Origin: Mobula hypostoma
Taxonomy: Eukaryota
Assembly (NCBI RefSeq): GCF_963921235.1
Contig: NC_086109.1
Coordinates: 16,618,001-16,682,000, forward strand
DNA length: 64,000 bases
Direction of reading: 5' to 3'
Part shown: positions 22,756-33,355 of the stretch, in pieces
How positions within the stretch are numbered: the stretch's first letter is position 1
Layout of the letters: each line of letters begins with the position of its first letter
The notes under the pieces: generated by a model
What the model saw: only the letters and a program-made list of their open reading frames with translations
Told to the model about the DNA's origin: nothing
Database searches by the model: none
Made by a program: the position numbers and the translations under genes

Positions 22756-23554
22756 TGAAAGAGTTACCACAGAATAGTAAAACTGACAATGTACTGCAAC
22801 AGAGCTTTGGTTGTATACTCTGGTTAGAAGCTGCAGTGTATATGAAGTGGAGCCTATGTTTGAAGCAGGCAACCAAATTATGCACAGAAAGGCTGTGTTC
22901 AAATTATAAATGCAGCGTTATTGGGAAGTGAAATTACTTTGGAGGTTTCCCTCAGCACGCCCAAGACTTTATTAAATCATATTTCTTTGAAGACAAACCA
23001 CAACAGCTTCTCCCTTAATTATCTTCGAACATTTTTATTCTAGACATTCTGCATCAGAAACAGAAATGCTCAGCTGGTTCATTGCTCTCTCTTTCATAAC
23101 CGGTGATGATGTCTGGTGCTGACCAGAAGGATCCTTAATCACTCTAGCATGGAGTCCCACTTCCGAGGGCTGAGTGCTCTCATGCGTCAGCTACGTGGGA
23201 GGGGGGAAGGGCCCCACTCTGCCATCTACATACGGATTCAAGTTATGTTATTGCCATGTGCTTGAGTACAGTGAGGTATAGATACAATGAAAAATCTGCA
23301 GGAGCATCACAGGCAGACAATACACAGAATATAAGATATATAGAAATAATACATGACGTTATACACAGAGTGTAAGAGTGACTGTGCAAAAGCAAATCCT
23401 TTGAGCAAACAAAAACAATGACGCCATGTCCATGATAGTGTAAGACTGTGGTAGTTGGTGCTGATCTAGGGCTCTAGCTGTGCAGATTGGTTCAAGAACT
23501 TGATGATTGTAGCATGGTGACTGTTCCTGAAGTTGGCAATCCAAAATGAACAAA

Positions 23555-24260
23555 GTTCAAAGTACAAACATTTGTAAATTTTATTATCAAATTACATATA
23601 TTTCATAATATATAACCCTGAGATTCATTTTCTTGTGGGCATAGGCAACATATCTATACAATAGTAAATATAACAGAATCAATGAAAGACCACCCAACTA
23701 GGGCATTGAAACAGAGTGCTGAAGACAACAAACTATGCAAGTACAAAAAAGAAAAAAACAATAATATAAATAATAAGCATTAAATATGGAGAACATGAGA
23801 TGAAGAGTCCTTGAAAGTCATTCCATTGGTTATAGGAACATTTCAGTGATAGGGCAAGTGAAGTTGAGCGAAGTTATCCCCTTTTGCTCAAGAGCCTGAA
23901 GATTGAGGGGTGAGAACTGCTCCTGAACCTACGAGTCCTGAGGTGATGCACCATCAATAGCTCCAAAAGACTGGAAGTAGAGTAAATACTGAAAGGCTTT
24001 TATTAGCAGTAAAATATGACCTCCATGCTGAGTATCTGCCCGTGGACTGAGGGAGGAGCAATGGCGCAATCACCTTTATTCAGGGTTCTGTGGGAGGAGC
24101 CACAGGAGCAGTCAGCAGAGGGGCGTGTCCAGACAGGTAACCCAGTTACAACATATATATATATGGTATACCACATGAGGCTCTTGTACCTTCTTCCTGA
24201 TGGCAGCAGCAAGAAAAGAGCATGACTTGAGTGGTAGGGATCCATCTCACAGACCACAAA
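23555..24260 (-). mobile_element. Rex1/Babar LINE 3' fragment interrupted by a solo LTR
   Basis: Minus-strand DPYHSSHALFLLLPSGRRYKSL, then 3' UTR ending at 'caaagttcaaagta'. Confidence 0.75.
23944..24175 (-). mobile_element. Solo LTR (232 bp)
   Basis: TG...CA ends, perfect 5-bp TSD TGAGG, two minus-strand AATAAA; removing it restores the host 'gtcctgaggctcttgtacc'. Confidence 0.85.
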
Positions 24261-24454
24261 GAAAAATGTTTAAAACTCTTTGTTTTCAAACATTTTATAG
24301 AAAATAAGTTGCAGATTATGGCTTAAATATGTGGTTAACATAGAATCTGAAATATCATAAATGTAAAAGAATTTTAACATTTTACAAATAATGGAACTTT
24401 CAAATAATACTAAGAATTAAGTTGTTCATGCAAATTCAGAACTAGAGAGATTGT

Positions 24455-24990
24455 TCAAAGATCTAACTATATTTATTATCAAAGTACATATTCCTGTATG
24501 TTTTTATATAATATCCTGAGATGTATTTTCTTGCAGGCATTCACAGGAAAAGGAGAAAATCAATAGAATTTTATGAAAAACTGCATATACAGACAAACAA
24601 CAAACGTGCAAAAGGTGACAAACAGTGCAAATAACAAAAATCCTAAGAACGTGAGTTGTGAAAGTCACAAGAGCCAGTGAGAGTCTGTGAAAGTGTGTGT
24701 GTAGGATGTAGAATCAGTTCAGAGTTGGTAAAAAATTAAGTTATCCATACTGGTTTAAGACCCTGACAGTTGCAGGGTGATAACAGTTCCTGAACTTGGT
24801 GGTACGGGACCTAAAGCTTCTGTACATCCTGCCTGATGGTAGTAGTGAGAAGAGGGCAAGGCCTGTATGGTGAGGGTCCTTGACAGTGAATGCTGCTTTC
24901 TTATGGCAGTGCTCCATGAAAATTTACTCTATAGTGGGGAGAGCTTTACCTGAAATGGACTGGACTCCATCCAGCATGTTATGTCGCCTT
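24455..24990 (-). mobile_element. Rex1/Babar LINE 3' fragment
   Basis: 'cagttcctgaacttggtggtacgggacctaaagcttctgtacatcctgcctgatggtagtagtgagaagagggc'. Confidence 0.7.
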
Positions 24991-25283
24991 TGTTCAGAAA
25001 TAATTATGACTTGGCAAGCCAATTAAAAACTCAATTACAGATCATTATATGTCTTTTATGGAGCTTACAATAAGGATTGTTTGGAACTGATTTCCGCTAA
25101 GGCTGGAAGCAGCTACCCTGACAAAGAGCTGAACTTCACTGTCAGAGTTCAGACAACAGGACACCAAACGTGCCACTGAGCAGTGAGAGATAACACTCAT
25201 AGTTCCACCATTATTACAACCACAAAGTCCCAGAGATTGTGCCTGTCTTCTGTACCTTATAAAATGGCCACTGAGTGTATGTT

Positions 25284-25908
25284 AACACGAGGAATTCTGC
25301 AGATGCTGGAAATTCAAGCAACACACATCAAAGTTGCTGGTGAACGCAGTAGGCCAGGCAGCATCTCTAGGAAGAGGTACAGTTGACGTTTCGGGCCGAG
25401 ACCCTTCGTCAGGACTAACTGAAAGAAGAGCTAGTAAGAGATTTGAAAGTGGGAGGGGGAGGGGGAGATCCAAAACGATAGGAGAAGACAGGAGGGGGAG
25501 GGATGGAGCCAAGATCTGGACAGGTGATTGGCAAAAGGGATATGAGAGGATCATGGGACAGGAGGCCCAGGGAGAAAGAAAAGGAAGAAGGGGGGAAAAT
25601 CCCAGAGGATGGGCATGGGGTATACTGAGAGGGACAGAGGGAGAAAAAGGGGAGAGAGAAAAAGAATGTGTGCATATGAATAAATAACGGATGGGGTATG
25701 ACGGGGAGGTGGGGCATTAGTGGAAGATTGAGAAGTCAATGTTCATGCCATCAGGTTGGAGGCTACCCAGACGGAATATAAGGTGTTGTTCCTCCAACCT
25801 GAGTGTGGCTTCATCTTTACAGTAGAGGAGACCGTGGATAGACATGTCAGAATGGGAATGGGACGTGGAATTAAAATGTGTGGCCACTGGGAGATCCTGC
25901 TTTCTCTG
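25284..25908 (-). mobile_element. Young 5'-truncated PLE (same subfamily as 6675-7762)
   Basis: ORF QRKQDLPVATHFNSTSHSHSDMSIHGLLYCKDEATLRLEEQHLIFRLGSLQPDGMNIDFS; 9-bp TSD gtgtatgtt/gtgtaagtt. Confidence 0.9.
25381..25416 (-). ncRNA. Minimal hammerhead ribozyme motif
   Basis: AGUC-CUGACGA-A-GGGUCUCGGCCC-GAAAC-GUC-AACU: intact core, one stem I mismatch. Confidence 0.68.
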
Positions 25909-26574
25909 GTGTAAGTTCATGGTTTTCTACTGCTGTAACCCATCTACTTAAAGGTTCAATGGGTTGTGCATTCAGAGATGCTCTTCTGCACACTACTGTT
26001 GTAACACATGGTTATGCCATTCTCCTCTAATCTCTCACAATAACAAGGTGTTTCCACCTACAGAATTGTCACTCTGGATTTTTTTTTGTTCTTTTACACC
26101 ATTCTCTGTGAACACTACAGATAATTGTGTGTGAAAATCACAGGAGATCAGTAATTTCTGAGATACTCAAACCACACCATTTGGCACCAACAATCAATCC
26201 ATGGTCGAAGTCACTTAGATTACATTTTTCCCCATTCTGATGTTTGGTCTGAACAACAGCTGAACCTCTTGACCGTGTCTGCAGGCTTTTATGCATTGAG
26301 TTGCTGCACCATGATTGGCTGATCAGATATTTGCATTAACGAGCAGGTATACCTAATGAAGCGGCCACTGAGTTTAAATGCACAAGAGCTAACTGAGAAC
26401 AGTCAACCCCAGCTACCTGTTACCCTTTCCAATTTCTCACATCTTTAATACCAAATGCGCAGGAGAGCTTTCTTCCATTTTTCTCTTTACTCTGAAATCA
26501 ATTATATCACTTCTTCACCTTGCCTAATCCGAGCACAGACTGAGGACTGGAACTCTGTTGAAACCCTTTAACCT

Positions 26575-26720
26575 TTCAATCAGAAGGTCAAAGGTTTAAT
26601 GTCCAGAATACCGAGCACTTAATCAAGGCTGACTATCCCAGTATGGCACTGTTATTTAATTTAGCCATTAAGATGAAGTAAATCCCTTCTCCCTTTACTG
26701 GTGGGTGTGCGGAAGAACAT
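26575..26720 (+). mobile_element. Deu-type SINE 5' relic
   Basis: 'tcagaaggtcaaaggtttaatgtcc...gagcacttaatcaaggctgactatcccagt' resembles the SacSINE1-like head. Confidence 0.4.
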
Positions 26721-26875
26721 TCGGGGTGAGGATGACTTGGCTGTTCTCCAGCTCCATGAGTTCTGATTTGTCCTATGTGCCGATCTGAGTTCCTGTGTGG
26801 TTTGCAAAGTTTTGCAGAGTTTTTGCTTGGCTTCTGCATGCTCTTGATTCTGACTCAAGCTGCCTCCCTGAACAG

Positions 26876-27424
26876 TCATAGAAACATAGAAATCTACAGC
26901 ACATAACAGGCCCTTCGGCCTACAATGTTGTGCCAACCATGTAACCTACTCTAGAAATTGCCTAGAATTCCCTGCTGCATAGCCCTCTATTTTTCTAAGC
27001 TCCATGCACCTTTCTAAAAGGCTCTTAAAACACCCTATTCCACCACCTTCATTGGCAATGTGTTCCAAGTACCCACCACTCTGTGTGAAAAACTGACCTC
27101 TGACATCCGCCTTGTACCTTAAAACTATGCCCCCTCGTGTTAGTCTTTTCAGCCCTGGGACAAAGTCTCTGGCTATCGACAAGATTAATGCCTTTCATTA
27201 TCTTATACACCTCTATGAGGTCACTTCTCAACCTCCGTCGCTCCAAGGAGAAAAGGGCAAGTTCACTCGACCTGTTCTCATAAATCATGCTCTCCAATCC
27301 AGGCAACATCCTTGTAAATCTCCTCTGTATTCTCTCTATTCTTCCTGTAATGAGGTGACCAGAACTGAACACAGTACTCCAAGTGGGGTATAATCATGGT
27401 CTTATATACCTGAAACATTACCTC
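26876..27424 (-). mobile_element. CR1 3' fragment with (TTTCTATG)n tail
   Basis: ERIQRRFTRMLPGLESMIYENR...DLIEVYKIMKG. Confidence 0.88.
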
Positions 27425-27535
27425 ATTTTCCATCTTTGTGTGTTAACGGATCAGTGAGTTCAGAGAGCTGTGGACTAGCTCAGTACATCACAAAAACCAC
27501 CCTCCCCTCCATAGACTGCCTATATTTACTTAGAG

Positions 27536-27618
27536 CAGGGGTTCCCAACCTTTTTTATGCCATGGACCCTGACCATGAACCCAGCGGTCTGTGGACCCCG
27601 GGATGGGAAATCCTCCTG
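27536..27618. mobile_element. hAT-type MITE (83 bp)
   Basis: CAGGGGTTCCCAACC...CCTCCTG with perfect 8-bp TSD ACTTAGAG (27528-27535, 27619-27626). Confidence 0.85.
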
Positions 27619-27699
27619 ACTTAGAGATACAGCTCAGACCAGGCCCTTCCATCCCAGTGAGTCAGACTGCCTACAAAATCAGCCTATTTAACACTAGCC

Positions 27700-28015
27700 T
27701 AATCACTTCCACTGCCTCAGTGAAACAACCAGCATAATCAAAGACTCCACCCACCTCAGATATTTTCACTGTTCCCCCTCCCATCAGGCAGAAGATACAA
27801 AAGCCTGAAAGCACATACTACCAGGCTCAAAGACAGCTTCTATCCTGCTGTTATATGCCTCTTGAATGCTTCCTTAGTATGAAAAGATGGACCCTTGATT
27901 TCATAATCTACCTAGCTATGATTTTGCAACTTATTATCTAACTGCACTTTCTCTGTAGCTGTTACACTTTATTCTGCACACTGTTGTTGTTCTACCTTGT
28001 ACTACCTTGCACTGT
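27700..28015 (+). mobile_element. Rex1/Babar 3' fragment (starts ~27436; tail resumes after the CR1 at ~29390-29490)
   Basis: 'ctcccatcaggcagaagatacaaaagcctgaaagcacatactaccaggctcaaagacagcttctatcctgc' = LPSGRRYKSLKAHTTRLKDSFYP. Confidence 0.75.
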
Positions 28016-28016
28016 A

Positions 28017-29387
28017 AACCATAGAAACCACAGCACAGAAACAGGCCTTTTGGCCCTTCTTGGCTGTGCCGAACCATTTTCTGCCTAGTCCCACTGTCCT
28101 GCACACGGACCATATCCCTCCATACACCTCCCATCCATGTATCTGTCCAATTTATTCTTAAATGTTATAAAAGAACCCGCATTTACCACCTCGTTTGGCA
28201 GCTCATTCCACACTCCCACCACTCTCTGTGTGAAGAAGCCCCCCCTAATGTTCCCTTTAAACTTTTCCCCTCTCACCCTTAACCCATGTCCTCTGGTTTT
28301 TTTCTCCCCTTGCCTCAGTGGAAAAAGCCTGCTTGCATTCACTCTATCTATACCCATCATAATTTTATATACCTCTATTAAATCTCCCCTCATTCTTCTA
28401 CACTCCAGGGAATAAAGTCCTAACCTATTCAACCTTTCTCTGTAACTGAGTTTCTCAAGTCCCGGCAACATCCTTGTAAACCTTCTCTGCACTCTTTCAA
28501 CCTTATTTATATCCTTCCTGTAATTTGGTGACCAAAACTGAACACAATACTCCAGATTCGGCCTCACCAATGCCTTATACAAACTCATCATAACATTCCA
28601 GCTCTTATACTAAATACTTTGATTAATAAAAGCCAATGTACCAAAAGCTCTCTTTATGACCCTATCTACCTGTGACGCCACTTTTAGGGAATTTTGTATC
28701 TGTATTCCCAGATCCCTCTGTTCCACTGCACTCCTCAGTGCCTTACCATTAACCCTGTATGTTCTACGTTGGTTTGTCCTTCCAACATGCAATACCTCAC
28801 ACTTGTCTGTATTAAACTCTATCTGCCATTTTTCAGCCCATTTTTCCAGCTGGTCCAAGTCCCTCTGCAGGCTCTGAAAACCTTCCTCACTGTCTACTAC
28901 ACCTCCAATCTTTGTATCATCAGCAAATTTGCTGATCCAATTTACCACATTATCATCCAGATCATTGATATAGATGACAAATAACAATGGACCCAGCACT
29001 GATCCCTGTGGCACACCACTAGTCACAGGCCTCCACTCAGAGAAGCAATTCTCTACTACCACTCTTTGGCTTCTTCCATTGAGCCAATGTCTAATCCAAT
29101 TTACCACCTCTCCATGTATACCTAGAGACTGAATTTTCCTAACTAACCTCCCATGCGGGACCTTGTCAAAGGCCTTACTGAAGTCCATGTAGACAACATC
29201 CACTGCCTTCCCTTCATCTACTTTCCTAGTAACCTCCTTGAAAAATTCCAATAGCTCAAACATGACCTACCACACACAAAGCCATGTTGACTCTCCCTAA
29301 TAAGTCCCTGTCTATCCAAGTGCTTGTAGATTCTGTCTCTTAGTACTCTCTCCAATAACTTGCCTACTACCGACGTTAAACTTACTT
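28017..29387 (-). mobile_element. Young 5'-truncated CR1 LINE, RT nearly intact
   Basis: ORFs 28610-29263 (VDVVYMDFSKAFDKVPH, GVPQGSVLGPLLFVIYINDLD, KFADDTK) and 28085-28591 are in frame, separated by one TAG. Confidence 0.96.
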
Positions 29388-29624
29388 TGAATCAATTTAT
29401 GTGAGTTATACAAGAAAGATTTTTCGCTGTATCCGGGTACATGTAACAATGATCAACCAAATCCAATTTCAATTGCAATTCCAATTCTAGATTTAAATTT
29501 AGAAATACAGGCCCTTCCTACCCACAAACCTGCGCTGCCCAATTGCACCCATGTGACCAATTAACCTACTAACCTGTACATCTTTGGAATGTGGGAGGAA
29601 ACCAGAGCACCCAGAGGAAACCCA

Positions 29625-29915
29625 CCTGGTGAAGGAAGCCATTGAAATAGAACTAGAGAATAAGAATTTCAACAAAGACAAAGATTTAGCTCTAAGTAAG
29701 GACTGGAATACAATTTTCAACAAGGAGGGACAGCAGAAGCATGATTGGTTGAGGACTAACCAATCAGGAGGGACAAATAACAGGAGGTGCATACATATAC
29801 CATGGGACTAGACATGCCTAGGCGGCATCCCCGATGAAGATGGCAGAGTTTGTCATTGAAATGTCAGGTAAAATCAACACCTGGACCCGGCTGGAAGCAC
29901 GAGAAGAGTTTATGT
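29625..29915 (+). mobile_element. Second PLE family (Poseidon-like) 3' end, joined to a minus-strand V-SINE piece (29500-29625)
   Basis: LVKEAIEIELENKNFNKDKDLALSKDWNTIF (EAIEI..NFN.D..LS..W motif) followed by a hammerhead-like motif. Confidence 0.7.
29829..29868 (+). ncRNA. Decayed hammerhead motif with long stem II
   Basis: CC-CCGAUGA-A-GAUGGCAGAGUUUGUCAUU-GAAAU-GUC-AGG; mutated core (CCGAUGA, GAAAU), probably inactive. Confidence 0.5.
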
Positions 29916-29992
29916 GACTCTTGCAGTATTTCTTCAGCCCTCCTATAAATCTCTTCCTGTGATGCACCTCAAAGTACAAAGCTTGTTCTGAC

Positions 29993-30152
29993 AGCAACAC
30001 ACAAAGTGCTGGAGAACTCAGTGGATGGGGCAGCACATACTGAGGGAAATGGACAGTGAACATTTTGATTAAAACCTTTCATATGAAATATCCTTTTCCC
30101 TTCAGAGATGCTACCTAATCCACTGAGTTCATCCAGCACTTTGCTTGTTGCT
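29993..30152. mobile_element. Palindromic mini-element built from two opposed PLE termini
   Basis: 'agcaacacacaaagtgctggagaactcagtggat' ... 'atccactgagttcatccagcactttgcttgttgct'. Confidence 0.72.
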
Positions 30153-30209
30153 TCCAAAACAAGTAGTGCACTTTGAAATTCATTAAATTATCTGTGCCTC
30201 TTAGTCTCT

Positions 30210-30580
30210 AATTGTGTATAAGATGATAAGAGGCATGGATAGAGTGGCACACACTAAATGCAGCACCTATTGAAATGAATAAGCAGCAACTTTTTCCCAA
30301 GTGGAAATGGATAACTGAAGAAGGCATAATTTTAAAGTGATTGGAGGATAGCATAAGGGGGATGTCAGGAGTAAGTTTTTTAACACAGAGAGTGTTGGGT
30401 GCATAGAACATGCTGCTCGGGATGGTGGTAAAGGCAAATACGTTAGGGACACTTAAAAGATTCTTAGATGTGCACACCGATGACAGAAGCAAGCATGAGG
30501 CTTGGGTTAAATCGATCCTGGAGTAGGTCAAAAGGCCAGCACAACATCACGGGCTGTACTGCATTGTGCTATGCTATAGT
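30210..30580 (+). mobile_element. CR1 3' fragment
   Basis: 'gtgtataagatgataagaggcatggatagagtgg...gtaagttttttaacacagagagtg'. Confidence 0.8.
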
Positions 30581-30664
30581 CTGTGCAGTCTGACCCATTG
30601 AGTTCCTCCAGTGTGTTGTTCACTGTTCCAGATCCCCAGCATCTGCAGTCTCGTATTTCATGAA

Positions 30665-31130
30665 TGTTCTGGGAGTCTGCCATTTGAAATGGTCGTACTT
30701 TGGAGCTAGCTGAGTGTCATTGCAGCCTCCATGCTGGGGCTGTTGGTCTGATTCAGATGCTCGTTGGAGCTTGCGTGTAGCATTACTGGGGAAAAGGCTG
30801 AGAAGATTGTTGGAGCAATGGCACAACCTTGCTTGATGCTAATCTCCATTGGGATTGGGTCTGTGATGAATCTATTCATTAGTTTCATGGCTGCAAGTGT
30901 CAGGCAAGGAAATGGTCAAACTTGAGGAGTATCCTCCATAAACTTCCTTGGACTCAAAGATTTTTGTGAAGACAAAACAAAACCTGAATTTTCTTGATGC
31001 TGGTCCCATCATTGTTCTTGGAGTTGGTCAATGAATATCCTGTCCATTGTAATTTCAGGTGATGTAATTTGTCAAAATGGTCTTGATTCGCAATGTCTAT
31101 TAAAGTCATGGCTCAGATTTAGGCATTTTT
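30665..31130 (-). mobile_element. Old RTE LINE RT fragment
   Basis: Minus-strand TDPIPMEISIKQGCAIAPTIFS matches the RTE 'GVKQGCVxAPTLF' motif. Confidence 0.65.
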
Positions 31131-31989
31131 TTAGGTTTATTAGGATGGTTTTGAGGAGAATTTGGGGAGTTAGGGTTTAGGGACAGAGATGGAGGGGAGG
31201 TAAATGTCAGGAGCAGTAAATAAAGATTCTGGGCAGGAGACAGTTTTCAAGTCCAGTCAAAGTGTTCTGCAGCTGAAGGTCAGCGATCCTGGAGGTTAGG
31301 TCGGTGGGTACTGAGGAGATTAGTGAACCCCAGGGTAGTGAGTCCCCGGTCAGAGGTCCCAAAGGGTAGGAGTCACAAAATCTGTTCCCCTTCAGGTCAC
31401 TGCGGATGGAGGTCCGTGTGAGGCCTTGATGTCAAACCTGTGATGGGAGTCCTGAAGTTGATATCCAGAGGTCAGCAAAGTCTCAAGACCAATGTCTGAG
31501 AGTCCAGGGCCAAGGACTGGAGGTAGCTTGCCCTTGGGTTGGAGGCCTGTCTCTCTCTGTGAGTGAGTGGTTGGGAATAAGGCTTTGTTCTATTCTTCTT
31601 TTGTTTTTGTTGTTGCTATTGGTTTCTAGTGCTTGTGTTGTTTTGCTGAACTTGGTGGGCATGCTATGTTAGAATGTGTGGAGACTCTTACGTGCTGCCC
31701 CCAGCACACCTTTGGGTGTGTTGGTTGTTAATACAAACAATACATTTCACTGTATGTTCCAATGTACATGTGACAAATAAATCAGACTGTGAATCTGAAT
31801 CTGAAATTCTGATAGTTTTCAGCCAACTGTAGGCGGCAGTTGAAGAAGATGCTTGCAAAGGTGTTCCTTACAGGAGAAGCAGAAAAACCCTGCTCGGTTA
31901 ACTCCAATCAAATTTGGCATTTTCCTTAATGAAGATTTTGATTACAGCATTCTCTGACAGCTTCTCCTCATCTCGGATGAGGGTGATTT

Positions 31990-32287
31990 ATTTATTTAGA
32001 GAAACGGTGCAGAATCGGACCTTTTGGCCCTTCGTGTCGCACAGCCCAGCAACACCCAAGAACCCCAATTTAACCCTAGCCTAATCGCGGGACAACTTAC
32101 AATGACCAATTAACCTACCTTACATCTTTGGATGGTGGGAGGAAAGCGGAAGACCCTGGAGAAAACCCACGCCTTCCACAGGGAGGTCGTACAGACTCGT
32201 TACAAAGGGCGCCAGGATTAAACTCTGAGCTCCAACACCTCGCGCTGTAATAGCGTTGCGCTAACCGCTAACACCACCCAGGCGCCC
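31990..32287 (-). mobile_element. HE1-type V-SINE with CR1 tail
   Basis: 'ttaaccctagcctaatcgcgggacaacttacaatgaccaattaacctac...gcgctaaccgctaacaccacc'. Confidence 0.82.
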
Positions 32288-32409
32288 AGTGAAAATGCGG
32301 CTGTGATTTGGACCCAGATGTCACTTCCACTAAGTATTAGACGATCTGCTCCAGACATATTAGTTGTTGTGCGATAATTTTCTACCTCAACTCTTCAAGT
32401 TTGACTGTA

Positions 32410-33115
32410 CTCGGAATGGCAGATGGAGCTTAATTCTAATAAGTACAAGGTGCTATATATCAGTATGGCAAACCAGGCTAGAACTGGTCTTGGGATGTGC
32501 TGCGAGACAGTGAGTTAAAGGTTAAGGTTAAGGGTCCCTTGAAAGAGATGTAAGAGGTTAACAGGATGGCAATGGAGCTATGTGGCATACCAGCCTTCAT
32601 CGGTCAAAGTATTGAATACAGGAGCTGGGACATCATGTTACAGATGTATAAGATCACAAACATGAGAAAGTCTGCAGTTGGCTGGAATTCCAAAGCAATA
32701 CACACAACTCAGCAGGCCAGGCAGCATCTATGGAAAAGAGTAATCAGTCAACGTTTCGGGCCGAGACCCTTCTTCACGATTTTATAGCAGTTTATTAAAA
32801 TAATGAGAGGCATAGGTAAGGTTGATAACCACAGTCTTTTTTGCCAGGCTAGGGCAGTCCAAAATTGAGGGGCACGGGTTTAAAGTGAGGGGGAAAGATT
32901 TAACGAGGAGCGGAGCAGCAACCTTTTCATTCAGAGGTTGGTGTGTATTTGGAACAAGCTGCAGAGGTAGGTACAACTGAGACACTTAAAAGACATTTGG
33001 ACAACTGCATGGAAAGGACCGGTTTAGAGGGATATGAGCCAGACACAGGCAAATGGGACTAACACAGTTACTTGGCATAGAGGAGTTGGATCAAAGGGCT
33101 TATACAGCTCTATGG
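32410..33115 (+). mobile_element. CR1 fragment with a nested minus-strand PLE terminus (~32655-32780)
   Basis: AFIGQSIEYRSWDIMLQMYK; nested 'cagtcaacgtttcgggccgagaccctt'. Confidence 0.75.
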
Positions 33116-33219
33116 CTCAACAACATTCCCAACACCAAGGCTACAGTTACAATGGACTGCCAGTTCATGCCTAATGCCAGTGTGCTAGTCAATAGTTACT
33201 GCTCAACAATTATGAGTAA

Positions 33220-33355
33220 AGACAGTATTTGGCCATTGGGTGCTTACTGTAGCCTTGCCTACAGCGGGTAGGTCTCACAATGCTCCATTGGCTGTAAACC
33301 GCTTTGCCTCATTCCAAAGGGATGAAGAGCATGATATAAATGTGTGCTGTTTCAT
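33220..33355 (+). mobile_element. Deu-type SINE 3' relic
   Basis: 'cattggctgtaaaccgcttt...gatgaagagcatgatataaatg'; a minus-strand equivalent lies at ~44540-44640. Confidence 0.5.

Larger units (their letters stand above)
25194..26374 (-). mobile_element. Non-autonomous Tc1-like element (second copy), split by a PLE
   Basis: Minus strand near 26235 encodes MG..NLSDFDHGLIVGAKWCGLSISEITDLL (frameshifted Tc1 HTH); right end 'acctaatgaagcggccactgagt'. Confidence 0.78.
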
